A stretch of DNA of 64,000 nt. It comes from Eledone cirrhosa. Its lineage: Eukaryota. Shown piece by piece: positions 38,275 through 51,574 of the stretch. Where the stretch lies: NCBI GenBank assembly GCA_964016885.1, contig OZ024764.1:21762001-21826000 (forward strand), written 5' to 3'. Position numbers and translations under genes: made by a program. The stretch's first letter is position 1, and each line of letters opens with the position of its first letter. The notes under the pieces were generated by a model, which was not told the DNA's origin, ran no database searches, and saw only the letters and a program-made list of their open reading frames with translations.

Positions 38275-39990
38275 CTTTGGATATTTACAAAGGAGTTTTC
38301 AAAATATTTGGATATTGACAAAGATCACATTTGGTAAAATTATGAACAATAGAAATATTTACATCAACATAGGAATATTTTCCAGAAGAGATGGGAAAAT
38401 CATTATACCACTAATATTTGTGGTAAAGTATTCTCTCTTTATATGTAGAATATCTAACTAAACACTTTAACTAACAAACTATTGTGCTATAGAATTGACA
38501 AACTTGAACAATGTTTAATAAATGTTACAGATTTCTCCAAACTGTCGTTTACTAACTTTAATTTGAAGCTATATTATCTATATACTACTAAAACTCTGTA
38601 ATTGTGTCTTGTCTGTAATTTAATACAGCTAAAACAGTGCATAATGGGGAAATACTTTGAAAAGAATGAAACAAGATTTGTATAAATTGGAGCACAGGTT
38701 CCCAAGATAATGGGGTTTTCTGGGTACCTTCATAAATATAGGGAGAGAGCGAGACAGTGGTGGTGAGAGAGTGGGCGCTGGTGGTGTTGTTTAATAAATT
38801 GTGTGTGTGTGTGTATATATATATATACGTTTATTGTGTGAAAGTTTTCTAAATCTTCTTCAGCCACTAATATGGAGAAGATATTTCAGTAAGAAGGTTC
38901 ACATCCTGACATCTATAGCTGTTAACAATGAGATTGGAATTCATTATTAAACAAATGTTATATCATCATCACTGTTTAACATCAGTTTTTCCACGCTGGC
39001 ATGGGTTAGACGAGTTATCCTGTTGTAAGCAATGCCAGGTCAGGTGACCACGTCTGGCTCCTACAGAACCAATTTTGATTTTGTTTCTACAGCTGGATGC
39101 CCTTCCCAGCACCAACCTTATTTACATTGAGTACTGGGTGATTTTTACTATCTCACCAACTCGACCACTTCACAGTGTGGGCTGTGCACTTTTTTACTTT
39201 TTGTCATGGCACCTACATGACCACTTTACAGTGAGTACTGGGTACTTTTTATCGTGACACCTACAGTACCACTTTACAGGGTGGACTGGGTACTTTTTGC
39301 CATGACACCAATGTGACCGCTTTACAGTGTGGATTGGGTACTTTTTGTCGTGACACCTACATGACCACTTTACAATGTGGAATGGGTACTTTTTGTTGTG
39401 ACACCTACATGACCACTTTACAGTGTGGATTGGGTACTTTTTGTCGTGACACCTACATGACCACTTTACAATGTGGAATGGGTACTTTTTGTTGTGACAC
39501 CTACATGACCACTTTACAGTGTGGATTGGGTACTTTTTGTCGTGACACCTACATGACCACTTTACAATGTGGAATGGGTACTTTTTGTTGTGACACCTAC
39601 ATGACCACTTTACAGTGTGGATTGGGTACTTTTTGTCGTGACACCTACATGACCACTTTACAATGTGGAATGGGTACTTTTTGTTGTGACACCTACATGA
39701 CCACTTTACAGTGTGGATTGGGTACTTTTTGTCGTGACACCTACATGACCACTTTACAATGTGGAATGGGTACTTTTTGTTGTGACACCTACATGACCAC
39801 TTTACAGTGTGGATTGGGTACTTTTTGTCGTGACACCTACATGACCACTTTACAATGTGGAATGGGTACTTTTTGTTGTGACACCTACATGACCACTTTA
39901 CAGTGTGGATTGGGTACTTTTTGTCATGACACCTACACAACCTCTTTACAGTGTTGGCAGTGAAATCTAATGCACCAGCTTCAGTAATCA
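38275..39990 (+). repeat. Local re-duplication of 36100-38220 with an internal deletion
   Basis: At ~38275 the sequence jumps back to the relic exon (ctttggatatttacaaagg); at ~38830 it skips to the 37438 homolog. Confidence 0.8.
39313..39960. repeat. 48-bp minisatellite with strict 96-bp dimeric higher-order structure
   Basis: Alternating ..acaatgtggaatggg..gttgtg and ..acagtgtggattggg..gtcgtg units, ~13.5 monomers. Confidence 0.92.
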
Positions 39991-40037
39991 GAATATAAAT
40001 ATACACACACACAAACGCAAATATATATATATATATT

Positions 40038-42104
40038 CAGTGGTACCTTGACTTACAAGTGTCCCAACTAATAAGTTTTTCGAGATACGAGCCCTCTCTC
40101 GGCTGATTTTTTGCGTTGAGTTCCAGAGTAAAATTCGGGTTACGAGTCAGCTTCAGATGCCCCGCCACTAGTTGGCATAGTGACCGCCACAGGCAATACC
40201 GTAACACCCGCCCGGCATCCCATGGCTTCGAAGAAAGTGAGGGCGAAGGACAGTTCTGAGAAGAAGAAGCAGATGATGTGTATTGAATTAAAGAAAGAAA
40301 TTATAGAAAAACATGACCAAGGTGTGTGTAGTGGACTTGGTGAAGTAGTACGAGCGTAGCACTTCTATGATATGTACCATACTGAAGTAGAAGGACTTGA
40401 TAAAGGCTATAACCCCAGCTAAGGGTGGTAAAATAATTTCTAAACAGCGGACATCTATCCATGAAAATATGGAAAAGCTGCTGATGGTGTGGTTGACGGA
40501 GAAGCAGCTCGCAAGAGATACCGTGATGAAGATTATAATATGTGAGAAGGCACGAGCTATTTACGCTGATTTGCTGCAGCAGACCCCAGGTACTTCTACG
40601 GACGAGCCATCGGCAAGCCCTTTAATGCCAGTCGGGGTTGGTTTGAAAATTTTAAAAAGAGGACCGGCATTCACTCCGTTGTCAGGCATGGTGTGGCAGC
40701 GAGCGCGGATATGAAGGCAGCTGAGGATTACCTCAAAACCTTTGTCAGAATTATATCAGCCAAAGGATACACCCCTCAGCAAGTCTTTAACTGTGATGAA
40801 ACAGGACTTTTTTGGAAGAAGATGCCAAGGAGGACTTATATAACGGCAGAGGAGAAGAGGATGCCTGGCCACAAACCCATGAAGGATAGGCTAACCCTCG
40901 CACTGTGCCACTGTGAACGTTGACTGTAAGATTAAGTTGCCACTCGTTTATCATTCGGAAAACTCCAGAACCTTTAATTCACATAAGATTCTGAAAGAAA
41001 AACTGCAGGTTATATGGAGGGCAAACCCGAGGTCATGGGTCACCAGGTAGTTCTTTGTGGAGTGGGTGAATTTGGTCTTTGGTTCTGACGTTAAAAAATA
41101 TCTCCAGGAAAATAACCTACCCCTGTAAACCCTTCTTGTTTTGGACAATACACCTGCTCACCCACCTAACCTTGAAGAGTTCAAGTTTATAAAGGTCCTC
41201 TACCTTCCACCAAACACCACCCCTAACCTACAGCCCAAGGACCAGCAGGTACCTTCTAATTTCAAGAAGCTCTTCACCAAGCACCTGTTCAGTCGCTGCT
41301 TTGAAGTGACGGAGAGCACAAACTTCACCCTTGAGAGGTCTGGAAGGACCATTATAACATCGTGATATGCCTCAGAATTATCGATATGACATGGTAGGGT
41401 CTTACAAAGAGGACCTTGACCTCTACATGGAAGAAGCTGTGGCCTGAAGTTGTGTCTAAAACAGACTTTGAAAGACTCGAACCCGAAGCGGCAGTGGTGG
41501 AGGAGATTGTACCCCTCGGTAACTCCATGGGCCTGGACATGGATGAAGGTGACATCAACAAGCTCATCAAGGAGCACTCTGAGGAAATGACAACGAAGGA
41601 ATTAAAGGAGCTACAGACACAGCAATACACGGAGTTTTTGCAGGAAATAGGTGACACAGAGGAGGTTATCTCAACAAGTGAGATGAAACAAACCTTATTA
41701 GACAGTTTTTTATTGAAAATCCCTGCAGATAAAAGTGAGGAAAGCGTGGCGAAAAGAGCAAAAATCAGCGAATAAGATTCAGTTATTCAGTTCATCCTTT
41801 CTCCTCCGTCAACATCCTCAAGTCGTCTGATCTCCAAGATAGATGCTGTACATTATACTTAATAAAACTAGTGTGTTGCAGTACATTCTATTGTATTGTT
41901 TTTTGTATACAATATTTGTCATTTATAAGTACATTTTTCTTATTTAAAAACACGTAACAAAACAAACTGGGGTTTTTTGGGGGTCTGGAACGGATTAACG
42001 GCATTTTATTTTATTTCAGTGGGGAAAATTGATTTGACATACGAGTAATTTAAGTTACGAGGTCCTCCACAGAACAAATTAAACTCGTAAGTGAAGGTAT
42101 CACA

Positions 42105-42105
<1 letters not shown>
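40038..42105 (+). mobile_element. Tigger/pogo-family DNA transposon, decayed
   Basis: TIRs CAGTGGTACCTTGACTTAC / GTAAGTGAAGGTATCACAG within a TA/TG microsatellite; CENP-B-type HTH, FNCDETGLFWKKMP, DNTPAHP, LPPNTT..LQPKDQ; stops and frameshifts. Confidence 0.9.
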
Positions 42106-42136
<31 letters not shown>

Positions 42137-42310
42137 GAAGGAACGATCGACTTTCGTCAAATCGGACCGAGGAAGCAATGTTTCCATTGGTCTTTGCAAT
42201 TGCTAGTACTATCGGTCGCAACTCCAGGTAGAAGGAACAACGTGAAATAAAGTGTCTTGCTCAAGGTCATAACGCATCGCCTGGTCCAGGAATCGAACTC
42301 ACAACCTCAA
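42137..42310 (-). mobile_element. 5'-truncated tRNA-SINE
   Basis: Reverse complement of 6675-6845, including the B box. Confidence 0.8.
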
Positions 42311-42829
42311 GATATATATATATATATAAATGAAGAATATAGAAATTATTGTAGCAAAAAGCCAACAGTATTCCATTATATATATGTATATATGTATATA
42401 TAGTATAAAAGAGAAAACACAGGTAAGCATTAAGAGAAGGATTTTATCCAGGTATTTACGACCGTTTCATTGGTAAGTGCAACCTTATATTTCTATCCTG
42501 CAAATAGCAGCCACTCAATTATAATTGTTGTTCACAGTCCAAATTTTCAAAATAATAAGTTACTCTTGAAATAATTCTTAATATATAGAGAAAAACATTT
42601 ATTTGGAATTGTATTTACTAGTATAGAGAGAGAGGAATCAGAAGGTGAGGGGACAGACGGAATAGTATAGAGAGAGAGGAAGGGGGAAGAGGTAGGAAGT
42701 AGAGTGACAAACTGAGATGGAGGGAGGGGTAGAGGTGGCAGGATTCTTTGGTCAGTTTTGACAGCAGACTTCATGTCGTGGAATGTAGTGAGTTAAAGAG
42801 AATTAAATTGATCATTTTTGGAGGGATGG

Positions 42830-42860
<31 letters not shown>

Positions 42861-43704
42861 AATATTAGACAGGAACAAAAATACAGAGGCAGTGCAAATG
42901 GTAGTTTATACCGAGAGAGAGACAGACAAACACATCTATACCTCTACTACAGTAAAACATAAAACATATGTAAGGGTAGACAACTCTCGTTACATCGCCC
43001 CCTTCTTTTTGATATACGTCCTTTAAATACTTTGTTCAGTGGAATCTGCTTTATTTTGTGTCCTAAGTAGATTTCTGTTTAAGTATTTACGAGATTCACA
43101 ATGATTCACGTAACCAAGTTACTTACATAGAGATATATTTCACATAGAATCACAACAAATGAAAATATTAAGTCAACACTCTGTCAATCAATCTCACATC
43201 ACATGGGGTGCTGGAGTCTCCCTCTAATACTTTCTGAGACAGTCTTACCTCGAGTGATAGCAAGGCTAAGATGTTGGAACTACCAAACACCCTCATATGT
43301 ATCATCTGACACCTCGGTAAGGAGAGCTGCCAACGATAACAAGAACCTCGTTGTCAGGGACCTATCTCCTCCAAACTTCTCCAACACCACAGACTAGAAT
43401 ATTCTACTCTTTATTCCCTATCAAATATATTTCAGTCTAGTCATTTGTCTTGTATCTTGTATATGTATTTTGAAAACTAACTGTCACATTTGTCAGGGTA
43501 CTTAGTCGTTCCGGCAAATTACCCTCCATATGACCCAATCTTACCGAGATACCCGGTGATCTCTGCTAGGGTACTCGATTGATCCAGCACCCTACTATTT
43601 CTACCAACAGGTTATATCGAGGTATCAAGTGATACTCTTTTCAAGTCAAGACCTCCTCTGCTGTCCTCTGTCTTCCCACTGCCCTGTTATTCTACAGACT
43701 CACG

Positions 43705-46700
43705 AAAGCTATCTCACCGCTTTTCATAGGCGCCGCTAAATTCCACTGCTGGTCTCTCCTCTCCCACGTGCGTCCAACTCCTTAACACCGGGAGCTGCCA
43801 AAACTCGCGTCCACACCGTTGCTGGTCACCACTAAGAGGGCCATCTGCTGGCCCTCCCGGTCGAGCATCCTCCCGGTCGAGCACTCTCCCGCTTCCGGCC
43901 ACCGCATGCCACACCATACCCACACGCCCCCCCCCCCCCCCTGATCTCAAGGATCAATTTCCTCCTCGTCCGTCTACATATGAAAGTCTGCTGTCCAGGT
44001 TGGTGGTTTACGACTTCTTTGCGAGATCCGCAATGTTGGGGCAGCACTTTGGGTTTCCTCTACCTCGGAGTCCGTTGACACAGTGATTCTACGGACATCC
44101 AGGACATGACGTGGAACTCCGTCCATGGACACATTGTTCTGGGAATTTACGGCCGTCACTGTTCCCCTTCCCCATTGAGATGTGCAACGTGCATCTGGGG
44201 GCTTAACCCAGACTTCCTCGCCCACCTGCACGGGTGCCACCACTCGTATCTGAATACTGCTCTGTGTGGCACCGATTCCTCGACCTGTCCCACCCGAGGG
44301 GACATGTTGTACCAGAACACTGCCTCCATTGGTGAGATATGGCCCCGCTCCGCCATTGCCTTGATCGTCCGATGGTGTCGCTCCACAATTCCATTCCCGC
44401 TCGGCATGTGCGCTGCTCTGAAGAAACGGTCCACCTTCCATCCATCGAGCATCTCCCTCAGCGCCTCGAAGCGGAACGCTGCGCTGTTGTCCATCAGCAG
44501 TTCATCCACAGGGCCCCGCTCCAAGAACACCTCTCTCAACGTCCGCATGATTTCCTCGCCCGTTCCAGTCTTCATCTCCCTCCATATCGCCTTCCGTCCT
44601 GGTCCACAGTCGACCATCGAGAGGTACATTCCCTGTCGGTAGTGCGTTACATCCACCGCCAATCGTTTCCAGTCGCGATCCACTGGGAGGCTTCCCGTTT
44701 CGTGTACACCCGGGGTGGATCAATGGACTGACATCGGATGCAGCCTCTAACCACCCTTTGAACACTGTGACTGTTAACGTCCGAGTCGATTCTCCTGGCT
44801 AGGAACAGGCTCCTATCCACTCCCATGTGGTGCATGTCATGCAACCCTTTCAGATCCGACTCGCTCAGCCGACACACGGCAGCTATCTCATCTTCTACCT
44901 CCTCCGGCGCTTCCATCCAGGCTTTCTTCACCCTAGTTAAGATGTCCGCCCTATTTTTCTCTGAGGGCACGAACACTACGCTCAGCCTCAGAACGAACTT
45001 GGTGGCCAGCTCTCCTAAAGTTCCCAGGCGGCGCTTTATCAGCATCTCCGCCGCGCCTCTCGTTCGCACTCTCTTCTCACTGGTGAGCACTGATCTCACC
45101 CATCCGAGTACAGTAGCCGAGTCGGTGCGTATCTCAATGGTGCGCAGTCCCCACCTCAGGGCGAGGTTCACCCCTCTCAACACTGCGTCCAGTTCGGCCA
45201 CATTGATGCATCCTCGACCTCAACACCTCCTATCTCCAACGTGACACCCAGCGCTATGCTGCTGGCATCGCACCATACGGTCCCGCTCTTTGATTTGGGA
45301 ATACCAACGTCCCCGCACTGGGTCGTCGGCCTTCACCCTCCCCACGATCTCCTGCATCATGGCCACCGTCCTCTCTCCCGCTCGTCTCTTGACATAGCTG
45401 CATGCCGTCCGGAGCCACCCAGCAATCGGGTAGTGACCCACCAACTTTCCACACACCGAGAAAAGCTCCCGCCTACTCATACTTGGGCCCAGTTCTGGAA
45501 CTTCATTTCCCCTCTGGAATACCAAGACGCCCGTCCTGTCTCGCCGTAGCCTAAGTCCCAGTGCGGCTCCTCCCTCCAACGCTTCTGATGGCTTCGCAGT
45601 CAGTCCATACCTCCGCAAATGGCTCGTGACCTCCGCCGCCGCCACCACCGACTCGTCCACTAGGATGTCGTCAATATAGGAGTTAGTAGCCCCCTCTATC
45701 TTGTCGGCCCTCCCCAGAGCGGTCTTGAGGACCGCCGCCATGATCTTCGGTGCGGAGCTCAGCCCGAATCCGAGCTTGGTCAGGCAATATGTCCGGCCCT
45801 TATACCTGACCAGCTGATACTGCCAGAGCTTCTCATCTATATGCAATTGCAAGTATGCCGACTTTAGATCCACGATCGCTGAATCCCCCGTCATGCGTCT
45901 CCACTCACGCAGGGTTTCCCCACAGACATCCGTGACCTCGCCACCCGTGTGGCATGACACGTGCTCGTTCAGCTCCCGATAGTCCAGCACCGGCCTCACC
46001 TTGCTCTTCGTGGGTTGCACCACCGCCATCAACGGCAATACTCTGCACTTCACCTCCTCCTTCCAGGGAAGCAGTATGCCCTCCTCAATCCATCTCTCTA
46101 CCTCTCGCTCGAACTCGCTCCTAGCGTTTCCCTTCAATGTGTGTTGATAGCAGCCCACTGTGGTCTTCAGTGTTGGTGGTTCTCCCTTCCAGTACCACTC
46201 AACAACCCATCGCTGCCCATCAAACACGGCCTTGAAGTCTTTGTCCTGTACAGTGTAAGCGGGGTATTTCTCCTCGTGGGCCTTCTGGTTCTCATGACGT
46301 GCACTCACGGCGCATACCGATGCAGCGGCGCCAAATGACACACCGACGTTGTTCACTGTGACGCCCCCTAGACGGCCAATCGCGTCCATGCCCATAAACG
46401 CGCTGATCCCATCCACCACACTGTCTACCACGATGGCGGAAAGCCTTATCCTCCTTCCCTGTACCGCTATTTCCATCTCGCTGCGACCTCAGCATTCAAT
46501 TTTCCTGCCGTCGACTGCCCTTACGCTGCTCTTCCCTCCCCACCTCTGCGCCACCCCCGCGGTCACCAGTGTCGTCGTACAGCCCGTATCCACGAGGGCT
46601 CACTGTGGCTTCCCCCTCACGAAGACTTCCACCACGGGCAGCGCTGCTACTCGTAAGGGGCAACTACCGGCGCAGTAGTTCCCCTTGGATCGTTTCCCTG

Positions 46701-47050
46701 GTCGCAGTTGGTAGCGATGTGGCCTGGTCGCTTACACCGGTAGCAAATTATCTCCGGCTTCGACTCTCTACAGTCTCTAGCCATGTGCGGGCCCTGGCAC
46801 CGAAAACAGCGCCCTCTAAACGCACGCGTACGGCTGCGTGCCGAGGTTGCCTCCCTTTCACCATTTCGCTACCAGGTGTCCTGAGCCTCCGTAGTTGCTA
46901 TCGCCGCAACACTCTTTTTGGCATCTTCCGCTATGATCCGGGCTTGTTGCACCAGTGAACGCATTTCCATCTCTTTATAACCCGGGACTTGCTGCAGTTT
47001 CACCGCTATGTCGTCTGGAAATCCATTGATGAACGCCAACCGCACCGTGG
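43705..47050 (-). mobile_element. Gypsy/Ty3 LTR retrotransposon, 5'-truncated and frameshifted
   Basis: Gag CCHC CYRCKRPGHIATNC, protease ALVDTGC, RT DLKSAY..FGLSSAP..YIDD, RNase H, integrase in Gypsy order; G-run PPT; 3' LTR 43705-43924. Confidence 0.92.
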
Positions 47051-48165
47051 TCAATCTCAATAGCTGGTCCCTCTGTCGGGTCTACTGAGGGTAGTTTCTC
47101 TCCCTTTCATTCTCCACATTCATCAGTCTCTCATAATGACATTTCCAGGCCTCCTTTTTTTGAGAATCAGTGACACTAAGTGCACCAACATCCTGATTTA
47201 CACTGACACACTGCCTTGCAATGTGGAACACCGCACATCTCTGATCTCACCATCGCAGGACATTGGCAAACCTTCTCCTCTCAGCCTCCCTGCATCTTAA
47301 GTAAACCTGACATCTAGCTTCTCTCTTAGCGGCTGTGAATAGGTCTTTACCCCTACCATTTTTCCAAGTCTCTAATGGCTCTATCTACCGTGCTGTTCCA
47401 CCAACAGGTCACCCTCTGTCTGGTTGGAGCTCTGCTCCAGCCACAAATTTTTTCAGTAACCTGCAGTAAGTTGTCACGTAAGAAATTCCAGTTATCATCT
47501 ATGTCATAGGACTCTAAATCGTCTTCTTTTTCGTCATACACATCTTGAAAGGCTTTTCTAAATTTATATTTTAGTGAAAGGTCTTTTAAGTTTCCAGACC
47601 TTCCTTTTTCACACTTTCTCGTATGTCTCACTTTGTTCTTGCTTACTGACATGTCACTAACGACTAACCCATGTTGGGGGGTTACATTGTTCCCTGGGGT
47701 ATGCTTTAGTATTTGACATCATCTATCTGTCTTACTCCCTATCTAGCAAGAAGTCAATCTGTCTCATGTGCTCACCTGTTTGGTAGGTTATTAGGTGGTT
47801 GGTAGGTTTATTATAACTAGGTCTCTGTCATTGTGGTTATCTCTACTTATTCCTTTTCTACATATGGAGCAGGGCCACTTTCCTGAAGAGGTCAGGGTCT
47901 TCTCTCCTATCCATTACCACTTTAGTTTTGGCTAAGTATATTCTCAGAACTTACCATTTCAAATTCTATATCTATAGTTGGTCATCTACATAGAGAAGTT
48001 TCCATAGACAGCCAGTCTTAAACCTCTCTGTTATGGCTTGGAGAACTATGATGAACAACAGTGGGCTAAGAACTAAACCATGATGAACTCCTACCTGTAC
48101 CTTCAATTCCTCACTAGACACTTTACTGACAGCTTCTCACAAGCCATTCTTCTACACCTAATTTC
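47050..48165 (-). mobile_element. Decayed RTE fragments (unit C intron)
   Basis: Paralog of 12155-13250. Confidence 0.8.
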
Positions 48166-48380
48166 TTTAACCCTTTAGTATATAAACTGGCCATGTCTGG
48201 CCAGAATTCTCTCACATCTTTCTGTTCAAACTGGCCGTAACTGGTCACTTATACTTATGTTAAGGTATTGTTCTCAAAATAAATAACATGAAAATCTCAT
48301 AAATTTGATATTATGTGAGATAAAGCATTTACTGTGAAAATATAATAGTAAACATAGAGTAATGTGAATACTAAAGGGTT

Positions 48381-48481
48381 AATCTGATGTCACTAATAAC
48401 TACTTTTATCAGTCAGTATAATATAATGTCACTAATAACTACTTTTATCAGTCAGTTTAATCTACTGCCACTAATAACTAA
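48381..48481. repeat. 39-bp minisatellite (~2.6 units)
   Basis: Same unit as 13468. Confidence 0.85.
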
Positions 48482-49021
48482 CGTATGTTAGTCAGCACAT
48501 TCTTCACCAAAGAAGGCCTTAGTATTTATTACAGTCCTTTTATCAATATAGAAATATTATATGAAATTTGTACTGACGTATTACAAGTTTCTCAGTATCT
48601 TATAATGTTCTTTTAATATTTCAGAATACCAGAGGACATTGGCATTAAAGAGCACGTTACATCAGACATATCCTCAACATTAACCATTTCTAATGAAAGA
48701 CACTACCCATCATTTCCAAATAATTTTGAAAACACTCAACACTTTGAAGGGATTTAGTAATATAACTAAATTTCTCAGTATTAAGCTGCTATTTAGAACA
48801 TAACTTTGCACAATTTCATGAACTTATGATGGAAAGTTTTTAGATAAATATAAAGACTGGTATGAAAAGGATAAAACACTTTTATATCAGTTGTTTCATC
48901 AACACCATTATTTAAAGACTAAAGGAAGCTGTTATACAGAACAGATTCAACCTTGTTTATATAAATCTGTGGGAGAAATACTGTGAAATATTTCTTGTAA
49001 ACTCAATAACACTTCTATTCT

Positions 49022-49065
49022 TGACAGATACAAGACTATCTATCCAGATAGTCTTGTATCTGTCA
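49022..49065. other. 20-bp perfect inverted repeat at the CDS-deletion junction
   Basis: tgacagatacaagactatct-atcc-agatagtcttgtatctgtca. Confidence 0.9.
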
Positions 49066-49371
49066 GTCCCTCTAGATATTACACCTAGTATCTAGTCTAT
49101 GTTGAGTGGTACGTCCTTCGCCAGTAAAGGAGTTAATATTCCCAACCATCTGTCTATCCTGTTTTCTGATGAGAATGAAGTCAATCTAGTTTATCTCTTC
49201 ACCTGATTGAAGTAACTAGATCAAGTAACTAGATGGTTTCCTGTAAGTTAGTGTTGCAGTGTTTGTGTCACCATGTAAGGTTTATATCTATTAATATAGA
49301 GATGTAGTAAAGTTTTCACTGTTGTATCTCTATTTTCTAAATATCTTAATAATGTTTCTCTACTATTTCAG

Positions 49372-49740
49372 AATATCACATGACCTTGACAGAAAAGAGT
49401 CTCTTGAAGACAACAGAAAGATGTTACATACAAGTGATATAAACTTGTTTAGTCTTTGGTGAATTATGGCGAAATATTTCTTCTGAATTGAGATAAATAA
49501 CAACATTTTCCTTTTTCACTGTCTGGAATATTTACAAGATGATTTTACATTCTGATTAAACTTTGGATATTTACAAACATAGGAATATTTTCCAGAAGAG
49601 ATGGGAAAATCATTATACCACTGTAATATTTGTGGTAAAATATTCTCTCTTCTTTATATGTAGAATATCTCACTAACCACTTTAACTAACAAACTATTGT
49701 GCTATAGAATTGACAAACTTGAGGAATGTTTAATAAATGT
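49372..49740 (+). pseudogene. Relic half-finger ZNF exon (unit C; mini-ORF 49601-49663)
   Basis: Paralog of 17081-17525. Confidence 0.6.
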
Positions 49741-49791
49741 TACAGATTTCTCCAAACTGTCGTTTACTAACTTTAATTTGAAACTATATTA

Positions 49792-50206
49792 TCTATATAC
49801 TACTAAAACTCTGTGATTGTGTCTTGTCTGTAATTTAATACAGCTAAAACAGTGCATAATGGGGAAATACTTTGAAAAGAATAAAACAAGTTTTGTATAA
49901 ATTGGAGCACAGATTCCCAAGATACGGGGTTTTCTGGGTACCTTCATAAATATAGGGAGAGAAAGAGATAGTGGTTGTGAGACTGTGGATTGAAAAGGAG
50001 AGATAGAAGGAGATGGATGGAAAGGGGAAGAGAGAGAGAGAGAGCTGGTGGTGATGTTTAACAATATGTGTGTGTATATATATATATATGTGTCTATATA
50101 TATATATGTCTATATTTTAACTACCTGAAAATTATTTTTAAGTGTACATGATTTTAGAAAAAATAGTTTTAAGGGAACGTGACCCAACAGGTCCCGGGTG
50201 GTCTAG
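49792..50206 (+). mobile_element. Non-autonomous Helitron
   Basis: TC...CTAG; near-identical to 17577-17977. Confidence 0.75.
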
Positions 50207-51574
50207 TTTGTTACTAAATACTAGATATTAGAGGGTCATGTTGTTCTAGATGTGCTGGAAGAGCCATTCCATCTCGCGAGGCTCACACCAGCAGCTAGCC
50301 ACCTCAGCACCTATGGTGGTATATTTATTATATTATTTATTCTTTATCATTAACATTAATATAAAAGATAATTATATATTTTTAGAGAAGAACCTCTAAT
50401 TTCATATGGCATGGGTTAGACGAGTTATCCTGTTGTAAGCAAGGCCAGGTCAGGTGATAATGTGTTGCTCCTATAGAACAGTGTGGACTGGGTACTTTTT
50501 GTTGTGACACCTACACGACCACTTTAAAGTTTGGGCTGGGTACTTTTTGTTGTCACCTACATGACCACTTTACAGTGTGGGCTGGGTGCTTTTTGCTGTG
50601 ACAGCTACGCAACCGCTTTATAGTGTGGGCTGGTTTCTTTTTGTCATATCACCTACATGACCACCTTATAATGTTGACTGTGTGTTCTTAACAGTGTGGG
50701 CTGGGAGCTTTTTATCATATCTTCTACACAACCACTTTGCAGTATGGGCAGTAAATATCAATAATCAGAAGAAGGGAGGTAGGCATAAAAGCCAAACTTG
50801 CTGTCTTCAATTAGGTTTTTGTGCCAACCCTTACCTATGGTCACATATCTTGGGTAATGACCAAAAGAATATGATTAGGAATACAAATGGCAGATATGGG
50901 ATTCCTCTGAAAGGTCTTTGAAGAAACGTTTCTCAATAAAGTGCATAGCTCTGAGATCAGAGAGTCACTCCAGGTGGAGCTGTTACTTCTCCTAATTGAG
51001 AGATCACAGCTGCAATACTATGGCCATGTGGTTAGAATGTCTGAGGAAAGGATCACTGGATAGATTTTACAGGCTAAACTAACTGGCAGGAGACCCAGGG
51101 GTAGACTTGAGCAAGATGGTCACATAACATCCATGAGCTTGGCTGGTCTCTTTGGGAGATCCAGCCATATCAGTTGGAGTGGGTTGCTTCTGACAGGACC
51201 TGTTGGTGGGAGTGTTTGAGGACTCTGCCCCCAAGACCCTCTCTGGAATAAGTGGGTTAATAAGAAGAGGTTGAGGTTACAAAATCAACATCAGATTTCC
51301 CTGCTAGCAAGGATTTAATGAGTCTACTTCAACCAAGTAAGTACTGAAGTGAGGCTACTGATCTCCCAGACAGACCAAGGATCTGAGACTTATTTACATA
51401 AGGTCTCATTTGCTACTGAGTGCACAGAAAAGGTTGTCATGTCTTTGTCATGATTGAAGGGTTCTCCGACACTATTGTCGGGTAAGATTTCTATGGCTAG
51501 ATGTCCTTCACATGACCAACCACATTACAGCCTGTGTTGGGTGTGTTTATCATGTAGGTGAGGCATAACAAACT

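Larger units (their letters stand above)
37161..50206 (+). pseudogene. Unit C: dead ZNF paralog lacking promoter, exon 1 and coding sequence
   Basis: Keeps intron end, acceptor (48624), 5'UTR to ~49021 and 3' flank; promoter region replaced by Gypsy; CDS deleted. Confidence 0.8.

Noticed and set aside
39194-40012. 272-aa and 216-aa Cys/His-rich repetitive ORFs
   Set aside because: Translations of the 48-bp minisatellite; the period is divisible by 3 and both strands are open, with no gene context
42440-42510. Second hammerhead on the - strand (gaaacggtc-gtaaata with tatttgc pairing)
   Set aside because: The CUGANGA core is absent; at best a decayed remnant
43705-47050. GC-rich block as contamination or horizontal transfer
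   Set aside because: Joined to unit sequence on both sides and has a cognate solo LTR with TSD at 10601; GC content alone is insufficient evidence
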